DNA of 63,562 nt, the filler included, from Octopus bimaculoides (lineage: Eukaryota): assembly GCF_001194135.2 (NCBI RefSeq). It is 4 parts of 3 records of this genome, joined end to end, with 100 filler letters (N's around TTAATTAATTAA, not from the genome) between each part and the next. Parts side by side here need not be neighbours in the genome. Positions count along the whole stretch, not along the records: positions 1 to 16,514 come from NC_068997.1; 3 more parts are not named here. One strand, 5' to 3'. How positions within the stretch are numbered: position 1 is the first letter of the stretch; the number at the start of each line of letters is the position of its first letter. Both the position numbers and the translations under genes were made by a program. Of this stretch, positions 1 to 11,740 are shown piece after piece. Below the pieces are notes generated by a model. That model ran no database searches, was not told the DNA's origin, and saw only the letters and a program-made list of their open reading frames with translations.

Positions 1-35
<35 letters not shown>

Positions 36-37
<2 letters not shown>

Positions 38-195
38 CATGGCTGTGTGATAAGAAGCTTGCTTCCCAATCACATGGCTCCAGGTTCAGTCACTCTGACT
101 GACACCTTGGGCAAGTGTCTTCTACTATAGCTTTGAGTTGACCTAAGCTTTGTGAGTGGATCTGGTAAATGGAAACTGAAAGAAGCCTGTTTTAC

Positions 196-249
<54 letters not shown>

Positions 250-455
250 ATGTGTCTTTGTGTCTGTGTTTGTCCCCCTACAATCACTTGATGTTGATGT
301 GTTTATGTCTCTGTTATTTAGTGGTTCAGCAAAAGAGACTGATAGAGTAAATACTACCCTTACAAAGAATAAGTCCTGGGGTCAATTTCTTTGACTAAAA
401 AACCCTTTATGGCAGTGCTCCAGCATGGCTCCAGTCAAATGACTGAAACAAGTAA
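36..455 (+). mobile_element. tRNA-derived SINE family A (A/B box head, CORE-like motif, internal (TG)n), near full length
   Basis: Contains GGCATGGCTGTGTG (A box), GGTTCAGTC (B box), ACCTTGGGCAAGTGTCTTCTACTATAGC, a central (TG)n, and the 3' part GTGCTCCAGCATGGC...ATGACTGAAACAAGTAAAA. The same architecture recurs more than 10 times in the window. Confidence 0.85.
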
Positions 456-519
456 AAAAAATAAAAGAATTTATAAATATAATTCATATATGTATATATC
501 AGGTAAATCTAATGAACAA

Positions 520-1000
520 TATAAAAGACAACACTTAATTGACAAGGTTTAATAAATCCAGTATTAGCTGAATGTTTTAATGGGAAGAGAAAGAGTCTTA
601 ACATTTTGGACATTAGTCTTTCATCAGAAAAAAGAAAAACATTGAGGGAGTGAGAAAAGGCAATACTCAATGAAAGAAAATGGAAAAACAAAGTGGACAA
701 GGTATTAGGAACCAGGTGAGAATGTAGTTCTATGAAGAAAGTTAAAAAAAGGAGGGGGTAATAATGTGGGTGTAGGGGTGTGTTTGTGTCTGGGAAAAGG
801 CATGTGAGGAGAGTGGTGTGTGTAGTTTTTTTTGGGGGGTGTAGAGGGAAGGATAATGACATAGGTTAGTGGAAGTGTGAGGTGTTTGTGTGTGTAAGGA
901 GGTGGGAGTGGGTATGAATGTGAAGCAAATGGAAGGGTAAGAAGAATGTGGAGGGTGTAATGGACACACCCAGACAAAACAGGGAACTTCTTTGTGGTTG
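520..1000 (-). mobile_element. Possible Penelope-like element terminal fragment
   Basis: The - strand carries a degenerate hammerhead-like CTGATGA-AAGACtaatGTCC-AAAA at 601-627, followed by a pyrimidine-rich tract. The family assignment is inferred. Confidence 0.35.
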
Positions 1001-1289
1001 CCAACTTTGCTAGAAATAATAGTTAGTCTTCAAACTACACTCTACCATCTTAAAACAACAACAACACATTATATGGGGGTCGTCAGGGTATATTATTGTC
1101 ATAGCTTGAATGCTTTTGATCAGGGCTGATATAGTGTTAAACAATAGCAACAACAACATCATTACATATAATGAAAGTAACTATATAGATATATGCATTC
1201 CTACATACCAACATACATGTGTATATGTATGTAAGTGCTTATGTATGTGTGTATGTATGCATTGTATGTGTATATGTACTGTATATATG

Positions 1290-1320
<31 letters not shown>

Positions 1321-3038
1321 CCTTTTATGGTTATAAATGTATGCGTTTCTGTGGTTGCAATCAGTGCAATTGATACTAAGATGCTCACAGAAAAACTGAT
1401 ATGTATCTCAACAGTAGATGTTCTTAGACCTGCTTCTTTGCTATTCTTCTCGTTAAAGGCCATGAAAGCTTCAATCAAGACCTGAAGCTTCAGCTAAAGG
1501 TCAAAGCTGAAGGAACAAAATTTGAACTTTCAAGAGAGAAAAGAATTACCCTTTTTTCCCAATCGTCTCATTGTTGTTTTTGTTTCTCTGTATTCTGTCT
1601 TTTCAAATTCTTTTAAGTTGTCATTTCAATTGTTTGCCTTCTCCAATGGCACTTCATCATCATCATCATTTTTATTGTTGTTAGTATGATTTTTGCCATC
1701 TGTATTAGTATTGTGGAGGGTAGATGAGAGCAAATGGGATTTAACGTGTTTCAATGTCCCTCTCTGTTCTTAGTTCAAATCCTACCAGTGACAGATATAG
1801 CTTCACACAGAGCTAAATCCTCATCACCATTTAACATTCACTTCCTTGGCCTTAAATGTTTTCGGGCAGAGTTTGGTTGACGCAAGTTTTGTATGGCTGA
1901 ATTCCCTACATGTTGCCAACCCTCACTTGGTTCCGAGTAAGGTAACATTCCCCGCCCCCCACTCCCCATTGCGCAGACATGTTTTTCACAGAAGACTGGA
2001 AACAAACAACCTGCCCATTTACAACCACCACATGATGTGAAGACAAGGGTATGCACAAACACACACACTCACACATGCACATATTCACGCATGTACAAAC
2101 ACACACACACACACACGTGTGTGTGTGTGTGTGCACATGTGTGCACACGCATGTGTGTGTATTATTTGTTCTTGCATATATTCCCTCGCGGTTGCTTGCA
2201 GTTTCCGCTTTGGATGTTCCATGTGTAAATGGATGCTTAACTGGACCAAATCATCAAGGAACACTTTATTTAATTAAATTACAGAGAACTGATGTCTGAA
2301 GCTGGGGGAAGGTGAACCATTTTATAAGTATTCTGAGAGGGAAGCAGAAAGAAAACTATAGCAGAAATGTAAAGCTGTCTTCCTTTTGTCTTCCCTGGAC
2401 GAGGATAATCAATGTGGAGCTCTAAACCTAACAGCAGCAGTCATACATCTATATGTACTGTGTGTGTGTCTTTCAATTTCTGTCTACAACATCCACTCAC
2501 AATGCTTTTGTTGACCCCTAAGCACTTACCAAAAGTGCTTTGCAGTGGGATTGAACCGAAGACCGCATGATTAGGAAGCAAGCTTCTTCAGTACAGAGCC
2601 ACACCTGTATAACAATATCTAGTTTTGTCCCTGGTGCCAGCTTCATTTGTCGTTCTTCTAGAGTCGAGAGAATAAGTGCCATCTATAAGTGTAAGTTTGT
2701 ATGGGAGTTCAAAGGGAGAAATCTGAATTGGGTTGAATTGCTGAGTTTCTGTTGGGTACCAACAAGCCAATAAGGAAGTCTCTGTGAGGTTGGTCAGCCA
2801 GCTAGAAATAACAGCCAAGTCTCCTAGCAGTCATATCATATTGTCTTGAACAAGGATGAGTGCCTGGGAACATTGGCTTGCTCTCCTCCTCCTCCTCCTT
2901 TTCCTGCCCTTCTTCCTCCTCCTCTCTTGTCATCATAATTATCATAATCATCTTCATCACCCTCATGATTATCATCATTAAACAATTAATTTGCTGGAAT
3001 AAATAAATATTGCTTTAATTGTTTGTTTTCTTATATAG

Positions 3039-3171
3039 AAAGGAGAGCATCCATCCCTTTTGTAACCAGGTGAAATGGGGACAGTTACACACTGATTGTA
3101 CAAACAACCGGCACTCTGTTGCGGTCTGCAATTTGGTTCAGCATAAGTCACCTTTGCCAGAGAAATATCAG
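3039..3171 (+). CDS. LMLN: Leishmanolysin-like peptidase (invadolysin, M8 metalloprotease), internal coding exon (first one found in window)
   Basis: Acceptor ttttcttatatAG at 3037-38 and donor CAG|GTCAGT at 3172. Encodes KESIHPFCNQVKWGQLHTDCTNNRHSVAVCNLVQHKSPLPEKYQ, resembling the vertebrate LMLN segment AVAVCNLQKFPKPLPQEYQ (recalled). Confidence 0.9.
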
Positions 3172-4237
3172 GTCAGTGATTCCATTTGTTTAATCTTACG
3201 CTCAACATAACATTGTCTATACTTACTGTTTTTGTCCTGTATACAAATCAACATGGTGTCTAGTATAAACATGGAGTGTAAACACTCAAATGTCATCCCT
3301 GTCCTTCCAAATCCTGCTGCATCTCATTTTGTCCTGGTGTGTGAGTTGACCTTCCGTTTTGAGGCTTGTAAATTTTGACCTGAAAAATTCAACTTGTACG
3401 CCAGAAAATACAGTCTATAAAAATAATAAATGAAGCAACACGTGTTTTTACTTGGATACACGTTCTCCATTATAATTTACATATTCCCTCTTATTTAATC
3501 GTTCTCTATCTTAAAATTTACACTCTTTATATCATGTATATTCTTGCTATGCACATATGTTATGATATAACACATGTTTGTGTTATTGTATTTATATTCT
3601 CAATAATACAAGCATTTGCTATAGTATGCATGTTGTCTTTGATGCACATGTTCTCTACTAACCCTTTAACATTGAAACCAGGCAGATCTGGCTTCTCACA
3701 CTTGTACTACAATGTCATTCAAAAATAATCAATCACATCATCAAAATCTCAAAGTGACTTCTTCTATAGCCTTGGACCAGCTAAAGCACTGTGTAAGGAC
3801 ATGGTAGATGGAAACTAAAAGAAGCCCATCATGTGTGTGTGTGTGTGTGCATGTCTTGACATTGTATGATTGTTGTAGATGAGCATCACTGTCACATAAG
3901 TAGTGCTGTTCATTTTCAATCTTCTGTGTAAACATGTCTAGCCAGAGGGAGGTGGAAATATTACTTTGCTTGGGAACAGATACGGGTTGGTGACAGGAAA
4001 GGCATTCGGCCATGGAAAATAAACCTCAGTGAATTCTGTGTGACTCATGCAATCATGAAGGAATGGATGTTAAAACGATGATAATGATATGTTATTGCAA
4101 AGTACACATTCTCTTTATTCTTCTCATTTTCTATCACATGCACTTCCTTATCTCATCCTTATTTTCTACAAGATATTCTCTATGTTAGAATATACACTTA
4201 TCTCTTTATAAAATTTCTCTATAATATATATATATCT

Positions 4238-4500
4238 TTGCAGTGTGGAAGGTGTTTATAAGCCATTTAAAAACACACAAAAACTGTTAGATTCACTTAA
4301 ACATTTAAATTTAATTTGCCAAAATATTTTCGTTGCTTTGAGACCATGACCTATTCACTGATCAGCACAGAATTTTGTCAGTGAACAGGCCGCGGTCTCA
4401 AAGTGACGAAAATATTTTGGCAAATTAAATTTAAATGTTGAAGTGAATCTAACAGTTTTTGTGTATCTTAAATGGCTTATAAACACCTTCCACGCTGCAA
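4238..4500. repeat. Near-perfect ~260-bp palindrome (foldback), in LMLN intron
   Basis: Arms 4238-4361 and 4378-4500 are reverse complements with only scattered mismatches; 16-nt loop. Confidence 0.95.
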
Positions 4501-4806
4501 TTGTTTCCGTTCCAGCACACAATTTCAGATAAGGTCACTTGCGATGCAAGTACATCTCTGTAACATACATCTTTCTTTATATTACACACATTCTAAATAT
4601 AATCCTTGACAATATGCATGTTCTGTTAAGAGTTGTTAGCTTGGGTGTTATTACTTTTGAAAACAGCAAGTTGTGACAATCTTTCATCATGTCCAGTGCT
4701 AGTGAACAGAAGAAGAAGGAGAAACTTTTATAAGTAATTGTTACATTATTCCAATAAAGAAATCCTTGACTCTATAGATATAATCATCTTTTTTTCCTTG
4801 TTTCAG

Positions 4807-4896
4807 CATTTCTCTGAATTGGAGGGTGTATCTTCAGATGATGTGAAACGCTTTGGTGGTTCTGTTGATCTTGCAGACCATTGTCCATATCTTCAG
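4807..4896 (+). CDS. LMLN: LMLN coding exon
   Basis: Flanked by tttcAG and CAG|GTAGAC; 90 nt, phase 0/0. HFSELEGVSSDDVKRFGGSVDLADHCPYLQ matches the conserved GGSVxxADxCP motif of M8 peptidases. Confidence 0.95.
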
Positions 4897-5775
4897 GTAG
4901 ACACAACCTCTTCTATTTTTTTACAGTTTATCTTTTTTTTTTTACTATTTTATAATTGGTGCCTGGTCTCTGCTGATTTCTGCAATTGTCTATGAATCAT
5001 ATTTCTCTAAAGATTTGTCAGAATATCTTTTGACATTTTCTGCAAATTTTTGAGTTTTATTCTTCACACCTCCCTCCATTTCTGCTCACTATTCCTTGGA
5101 GGATCCAGAGAAGATGCAGGGTCCTTAGGCACCTCCTCCATAGAGTCCTATCGGAATCAACTGTCATCAGACTTTCCAGCTGGATGAACAACTAAGACTA
5201 TAGATATTACCTCACCATCTTGCTCTCAATCTATCCTTAGATCTCCATCCCATTTGTTTGTCTTCAAGAATTCATCTTATAATTTTTTCTTGTGACATTC
5301 TATTTGTACCTGAGTTGTGACCTCTCAATGCAGAGAAGTAGTGACTTGACCTGGAGAGACACCCAAATCTCTGAGCTTAGAATTTTAACTCTTTTGTCAT
5401 TGAAACTTGGCGTCTGCAATTTTATGCAATGTTGTAGATTATTCACTGCAAATAATTTATTGTCCTGTGCATGGCACTAAACTGCACCTAATGGTAAGGC
5501 TGTAGCTAAGGAGTCCAGGAGTTTTAGGGCATATGGAGTTACCTCATCATCCTAGGTTATCTCATACTCTCAGATTCACTCTGGCCAACCAAGGGTGGTA
5601 ATATTTGTCAAGGGTTGCAGTTATGGGTTAAATAGAAAAAGATGTTCTTCTGGCTAAGGCATGCAGAACTGGAGGTGGCTGGCCCCTAGGCATGTGTCTC
5701 ACATTGCCACGAGTACGTGAACATACCCTGATATCAGTTAAGTCTGCCCCCCATCTTAGAGTTAAATAGGCCCTG

Positions 5776-6039
5776 TGTTATGTTTCCCTCGGGTGACTCG
5801 CAGAGATAACACAACGAGTTATACAATTTAATTATTACATTTATTGTTCAATTACATACAAAGAACGCACTCACCCAATGTTCATTATGAATAAACAAAA
5901 GTCATGTCCGCCATATATATATCAATGACCTTTTACTACGACAGTCTCACAAGACAACAACAATGAAACAATGAACTCAGACGAACCACATGACACACGG
6001 AACGTCAGACGAATTACATATCTAACAGTCCATATAACA
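5776..6039 (-). mobile_element. Solo LTR (Ty3/Gypsy-type) with 5-bp TSD
   Basis: Termini TGTTAT...ATAACA. CCCTG direct repeat at 5771-75 and 6040-44. TATA-like run and AATAAA in sensible order on the - strand. Confidence 0.8.
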
Positions 6040-6472
6040 CCCTGTATACCTCAGGGGTAAGCTCAGCGTATCAGGAGACTAGCAGAGTAAACTGCAAATA
6101 AATCAGAAGGCACCGGAAAGCCATTGCTATATTTTTACCAAGAAAACCCACGATCCTTCACAGAGGTCCATGATTGCCAATGCCTGCAGACATGGAACAC
6201 AAACAGAGAAAAATCCCTGTTTAAGCTCAACTCTCTACAATCTGTCGAGGCTGGTTTTGCTTTTCACTCCTCCAGGGTCCAAACAATACATACCTGTCAT
6301 GTCCCAGGTTCTGTTCAATTTATGTGTTTCTCCTTAATAAGTGGCTGCTCATAAAAAAATATTATTTGTAAGAAAATCTGTTGCTGCTGCTGCTGCTGCT
6401 ATTTTGTTTTGTTTTTTTTTTACTATTTGTACTGCTATTGAATCTTCTAAAACAGAATTTTGAATTTTGCAG

Positions 6473-6542
6473 GAATTACTATGGAAAAGTGGTGATTCTT
6501 CAATTCGTGGATCACGTTGCACTGAGGAACATAACAATTTAG
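6473..6542 (+). CDS. LMLN: LMLN coding exon
   Basis: Flanked by ttttgcAG and G|GTAAGT; 70 nt, phase 0/1. Encodes ELLWKSGDSSIRGSRCTEEHNNL; the phase fits the next exon. Confidence 0.85.
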
Positions 6543-7053
6543 GTAAGTGTTCCCTTCATAAGTAACATTATTAGACTTTTGTTCTTTAACACCCACAAAA
6601 TCGTGCAATACTGTGAAGGAGCATTGGGATTAGTTAGGAAGGATTCTGTAAATCAAAGAAGCAGCAATGAGTGCTGGACCATTTTTGGATGAAGTACCAG
6701 CAGGCAATAATACTGAAATGTATTGTTCATTATGCTTGGGGAAGTTGCTGTATGGACACTCAACCTTAAGGAAAAGTACCTAATCTTTCTTAAATCACAT
6801 CCTATGTTCTTAAAAAGGAAGAGTTCCTTGTTTAAAACAGTCATAGATATTTCATTTAAAATAAGATTGGATGACTCCACCTGATGCCTTTTCCAGAACT
6901 GATTAAGTCACCTTTGGTCGATATTTCTCAAAGTAGGTTTTGAGGTAAAAATTCAAGATGTGAGGATTTACAATACAATTTAATAAAAATATATTTTATT
7001 AAAAAAATTGCTATTTACCGAGTATTGTTATTATATGCTTCTTTTTATCTATG

Positions 7054-7375
7054 AACTAGCAGTATAGCCCAGCTTTGCTCGGGATTAAGTTAGGATTATT
7101 AAGCTAATCAAGTTCTTTATTTCAAACCAAACTAAGTAAAATTGACGTCAAACTTGGGCAGAATCAGTGTCACGACGGGAGCGCATGAGTTGGGAGTTTG
7201 ATCGGCAGAGGTGATCAGGTTACACATGCCAGCCCTTTGAAAGCACCACCCCCATCATCTAACCCCTCTTTGCCTATGGGTTGGGAACCCTTCCAACAAG
7301 GAAAATGGAATGCCCAAAAGGGCTCCCGATTCTCTGTCAGAAGCGGTTATGTTCAGATCACAACTAAGTCTTAAG
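7054..7375 (+). mobile_element. Non-autonomous Helitron/Helentron-like element (tentative)
   Basis: Begins ACTAGCAGTATAGCCCAGCTTTGCTCGGG, resembling the ACTAG..CCCGGC..GCTCGGG starts of DINE/HINE-type elements. No TSD seen. Confidence 0.35.
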
Positions 7376-7381
7376 TATATG

Positions 7382-7425
<44 letters not shown>

Positions 7426-8574
7426 NNNNNNNNNNNNNNNNNNNNNNNNNNNNNNNNNNNNNNNNNNNNNNNNNNNNNNNNNNNNNNNNNNNNNNNNNNN
7501 NNNNNNNNNNNNNNNNNNNNNNNNNNNNNNNNNNNNNNNNNNNNNNNNNNNNNNNNNNNNNNNNNNNNNNNNNNNNNNNNNNNNNNNNNNNNNNNNNNNN
7601 NNNNNNNNNNNNNNNNNNNNNNNNNNNNNNNNNNNNNNNNNNNNNNNNNNNNNNNNNNNNNNNNNNNNNNNNNNNNNNNNNNNNNNNNNNNNNNNNNNNN
7701 NNNNNNNNNNNNNNNNNNNNNNNNNNNNNNNNNNNNNNNNNNNNNNNNNNNNNNNNNNNNNNNNNNNNNNNNNNNNNNNNNNNNNNNNNNNNNNNNNNNN
7801 NNNNNNNNNNNNNNNNNNNNNNNNNNNNNNNNNNNNNNNNNNNNNNNNNNNNNNNNNNNNNNNNNNNNNNNNNNNNNNNNNNNNNNNNNNNNNNTTATAT
7901 ATACAGATAAATTCTCTCCATAAAACAATTCTGTTTCATTTGGGTGGCAGTTGTCCAGAATGTATAGATATGACTTCTGTGCTTTTTAGAAAATCATATA
8001 AAAGTTTGCCAGCAAAATAAATTTTGAAAACTGCTGACCTTTGTAACACAAGTTATCAGCTATTTCTATTCTTGAGCATTTTGAGCATTTTATTACACTG
8101 GTGCTGTGGCTTGTAACAACTCCAATGTTTCTACCTCACTCAAAGTCTTTTTTTTTTCCGTCAGCCTCCTACGATCTCACTTCAACTTGTGCACTCATAG
8201 TTGGGGATGCTCTCTCTAGAATTCTCCCTACTCCAGTTTTTGCAAATTGAACAAGACCATTCCAGAATGCACTGAGGTTGTCTTCTTTCCTACTTGCAAA
8301 ACATTTAGTTTTCATTAAAATTGCTCTGAGGTGTCTAACTTTTAGGTTTTCTTTCCGTGTTTAAAATTTCTTTTCCATTTGTACCTATTTCACATTCAAT
8401 GCATACACACTTTTATCAGGGGGAAAAACTCACAACTGAGAGTTTTTGCTACACATTTGTGCACAGCTTCAATATAATACTGACTCTTCTTTAGTATTGC
8501 AATGTATGGCGAAAGGAGTGACTAGTCAGTTTTATTATAATTGCTGTAGAAAATACATTGAAAATGTTTACAAG

Positions 8575-8960
8575 TGAAGGCGTGGCTGTGTGATAAGAAG
8601 TTTGCTTCCCAACCACTCAGTTCCAGGTTCAGTCCCACTGCATGGCACCTTGAGCAAGTATCTATTGCTATAGCATTGGGCTGACCAAAGATTTGTGAGT
8701 GGATTTCGTAGACAAACTGCAAGAAACCTCTGTGTGTGTGTGTGTATCTTTGCATCTGTGTTTGTCTTCCATCACCATTTGACAACAAGTGTAGGTGTGT
8801 TTACATCTCTGTAACTTAGCAGTTCAGTAAAAGAGACTGATAGAATAAGTACCAGGCTTTAAAAAAAACAGGTATTGGGGACAATTCATTTGACTCAAAT
8901 TCTTTGAGGTGATGCCCCAGCATAGCCACAGTCTAATGACTGAAACAAGCAAAAAAATAA
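8575..8960 (+). mobile_element. SINE family A, full length
   Basis: Same head, core and tail as 36-455. Confidence 0.85.
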
Positions 8961-9049
8961 GAATGTATTGTATATGACTAAATATAGTATTTAACTTTGT
9001 CTCTACAAAGAAACTGAATTTTCCTCATTCTATTTATTTTCAACTGCAG

Positions 9050-9180
9050 ACGTGAAACACAATTACTTTCTGGAGAAATATGGCAACACATCTCGCTGCT
9101 TCAATCATGATGGAATGTGGCACTTGCAACATTGTGGCAAAACTGTACAAACCCAACACATGGGAAGTGGATGTTACGAA
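9050..9180 (+). CDS. LMLN: LMLN coding exon
   Basis: Flanked by caactgcAG and GAA|GTAAGA; 131 nt, phase 1/0. Encodes (D)VKHNYFLEKYGNTSRCFNHDGMWHLQHCGKTVQTQHMGSGCYE, with the conserved NYxxEKYG..S.C and GSGCY motifs. Confidence 0.92.
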
Positions 9181-9619
9181 GTAAGATGAATTGTCTCATA
9201 TCATTTGTATTTTTTTTTTTTTTTCACTCATTTCAAGAAACAAGCAATTAGACAAACACTGCCTTAGTGGCAACCCTGATGCAACCAGTGAAATATGTAT
9301 TTGCCAGGAATCCTCTATGGGATTTTAAAAACATGGCATTAGAAAAGGCATCCAGCTGTAGAAACCATGTCACAACAGACAATTGGAAGCTGGACAGCTG
9401 CCTAGTTCCATGTCAAACTGTCCAACCCATGCCAGCATGGAAAACGGATGTTAAATGATGATGATGAAGTACAATCAAATAATGGGGTCAGTAAAATTGG
9501 CTTAGCCCCTCTCCTCAAACTTACTGACCTTGTGCATAAATTAGAAACAATTATGCATGCAGTGCCTTATCAGAATCAGAAAAGCAGTGGGGAAAAAGCT
9601 TTGAGTTTAAATTCTGTTA

Positions 9620-10240
9620 AAATCAACTTTACCTTTCATTTTTTGGGGGTTGATAAAATAAAGTACCAGTCAAGTACAAGAATTTCTGATATTAACCAGT
9701 ACCCCCTCCCTTCAAAACTGCTGGTCTTGTGCCGGAATTAGAAGCCTTTTATTATTATTATTATTATTTTTATTATTTTTATTATTATTATTATTGGCAA
9801 GCTGGCAGAATTGTTACCACGCCAGGTGAAATTCTTAGCAGTATTTCATCCATGTGAATATTCTGAGTTCAAATTCCACTGCGGTTGATTTTGCCTTTCA
9901 TCCTTTCAGGGTCGATTAATTAAGCACCAGTTGCATACTGAGGTCAATGTAATCGACTAGTCTTCTCCCCTAAAATTTCAGGCCTTGTACCTTTAATAGA
10001 AAGGATTATTATTGTTATTATTATCAAGGTGGCGAGTGGGCAGAAACGTTAGCATGCTGGGTGAAATGCTTAGCGCTATTTCTTCTGTCTTTACGTTCTG
10101 AGTTCAAATTTCGCCGAGGTCGACATAGCCTTTCATCTTTGTGGGGATGATAAAATAAGTATCAGTTGAATATTAGGGTCAATCTAATCAGCTTACCGCC
10201 TCCCCAAAATTGCTGGCCTTGTGCCCAAATTTGAAATCAT
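9620..10240 (+). mobile_element. Three tandem SINE family B copies (one 5'-truncated, two near full) separated by (ATT)n runs
   Basis: Repeated GGCGAGCTGGCAGAA..TTCTGAGTTCAAATT..TTTGCCTTTCATCCTTTCGGGGTCGAT..AAGTACCAGT..GGCCTTGTG, starting at about 9620, 9797 and 10028. Confidence 0.85.
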
Positions 10241-10329
10241 TATTACTATTGTTATTTCTATATATTAAGGAATATTTTTGTTATGGGAGAATCCTGAACA
10301 CCACCACATGACTGAAGGTGGACTAACCG

Positions 10330-10682
10330 GTCACCATCCGAACGTGGTGATCACCCCGACTGGCTTCTGTGCCAGTGGCACATAAAAAACACCATCTGAA
10401 CGTGGCCGATGCCAGCATTGCCTTGAGTGGTTCTCATGCCTGTGGCACATAAAACGCACCATCCAACTGTGGTCGATGCCAGCCCTCTCTGGCCCCTGTG
10501 CCGGTGGCATGTAAAAAGCACCCACTACACTCTCGGAGTGGTTGGAGTTAGGAAGGGCATGCAGCTGTAGAAACCTTGCCAGATCAGATTAGAGTCTGGT
10601 GCAGCCTACTGGCTTTCCAGACCCCAGTCGAATTGTCCAACCCATGCCAGCATGGAAAACGGACGTTAAACGATGATGATGA
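10330..10682 (-). mobile_element. SINE family C ((GAT)n tail; internal GTGGCACATAAAAAGCACC repeats)
   Basis: On the + strand reads ...TTAGGAAGGGCATCCAGCTGTAGAAA...CCCATGCCAGCATGGAAAACGGACGTTAAACGATGATGAT; the family recurs more than 10 times. Confidence 0.8.
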
Positions 10683-10947
10683 GTGAACTGTGAAGAGGGT
10701 AGTTGATGGTGTTAATTTGATGTGTGTTGGTTTAACAGCGTAATTGAACAGTAAATACCGAGTATCATACCTATGTCCGAGTAGTACAGAGTGCATTCTG
10801 TGTTAACATATATTATCCTATGATAGGTTATTTTAAATAACCACAGCTATTTAATTGTGTAATACCATTTTACACCAGATATGTCTACCCACATCAACAC
10901 TTTTTAAGATTCCTTTTGCTTTTATTTTGATTTTTCCGTTGTTTTAG

Positions 10948-11103
10948 TTTGAATGTGACCCTGAAGAAGGGCTTAGCATCATTGTCCAGTCGAAGCGTCA
11001 CCGATGCTACAAAGAAGGTCAAAAAGTGTCAATTTTCTATGATTCAACCCAATTGCGGCATCAAGGTTCCATTATTTGCCCTGCTTGCAATGAAATTTGT
11101 CAG
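10948..11103 (+). CDS. LMLN: LMLN coding exon
   Basis: Flanked by gttttAG and CAG|GTAATT; 156 nt. Encodes FECDPEEGLSIIVQSKRHRCYKEGQKVSIFYDSTQLRHQGSIICPACNEICQ, with the conserved C-terminal GxxxCPxCxxxC motif. Confidence 0.92.
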
Positions 11104-11231
11104 GTAATTACCAATATCACTTTACTATTTATTTTATATCATATCATAAGATTTGTAAATGATCTTATTAACATGGATTATCTTCAGCTTAAGTATTTTT
11201 CTGATTTTGTCTTTTCCTGTTTTGTTTTAAG

Positions 11232-11438
11232 GAACTCAGTATACCGTGTCCCGATGAGACAGAGCCCCCAGAGATCAAAGTCGATACGTCTAACTCACTG
11301 CCTCCTTACCCTTGTCATGGAACATTCCTGAGAGTTACCGATATCTTCCATGTGTGCTATATATCAACTCAAGTCCTTCTTACACAGATTCTCATTGCAA
11401 AACTTTCTCCAACAGATATTCTCTTTAACATATTTTGA
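11232..11438 (+). CDS. LMLN: LMLN terminal coding exon (stop TGA 11436-38)
   Basis: Acceptor tttgttttaAG. Encodes ELSIPCPDETEPPEIKVDTSNSLPPYPCHGTFLRVTDIFHVCYISTQVLLTQILIAKLSPTDILFNIF*: a CP..T.PP linker followed by a hydrophobic tail, as recalled for other LMLN proteins. Confidence 0.8.
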   Translation, partial: ELSIPCPDETEPPEIKVDTSNSLPPYPCHGTFLRVTDIFHVCYISTQVLLTQILIAKLSPTDILFNIF

Positions 11439-11519
11439 CAAACAAAAACACACAAACAAATGAAAAACAGAATCAAAACAGGAAGCCATCAGGTTCTCAT
11501 TTGTATCAAAAACATCAAG

Positions 11520-11740
11520 TCTTTAGCATTTAAACCAGCCATATCTGGCATAAATATCCTACCTGTTTTGTGTTCAAACCAACTGTATCTGGTCTCTCAC
11601 ACTTACCCTACAATGTCATTCTAAAAATAAACAATCACATCATCAATATCTCAAAGCTATGAGATAATCCAGGATTAATTCCAAACCATATGAATAAATA
11701 AGCATTTTTTTGACAAAGGAATGTGAATGTCAAAGGGTTA
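11520..11740. mobile_element. piggyBac-like MITE (CCCTTT...AAAGGG termini), related fragment at 3660-3755
   Basis: CTTTAGCATTTAAACC...AATGTCAAAGGGTTA; shares CTACAATGTCATTC..AATCACATCATCAA with 3660-3755. Confidence 0.45.
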
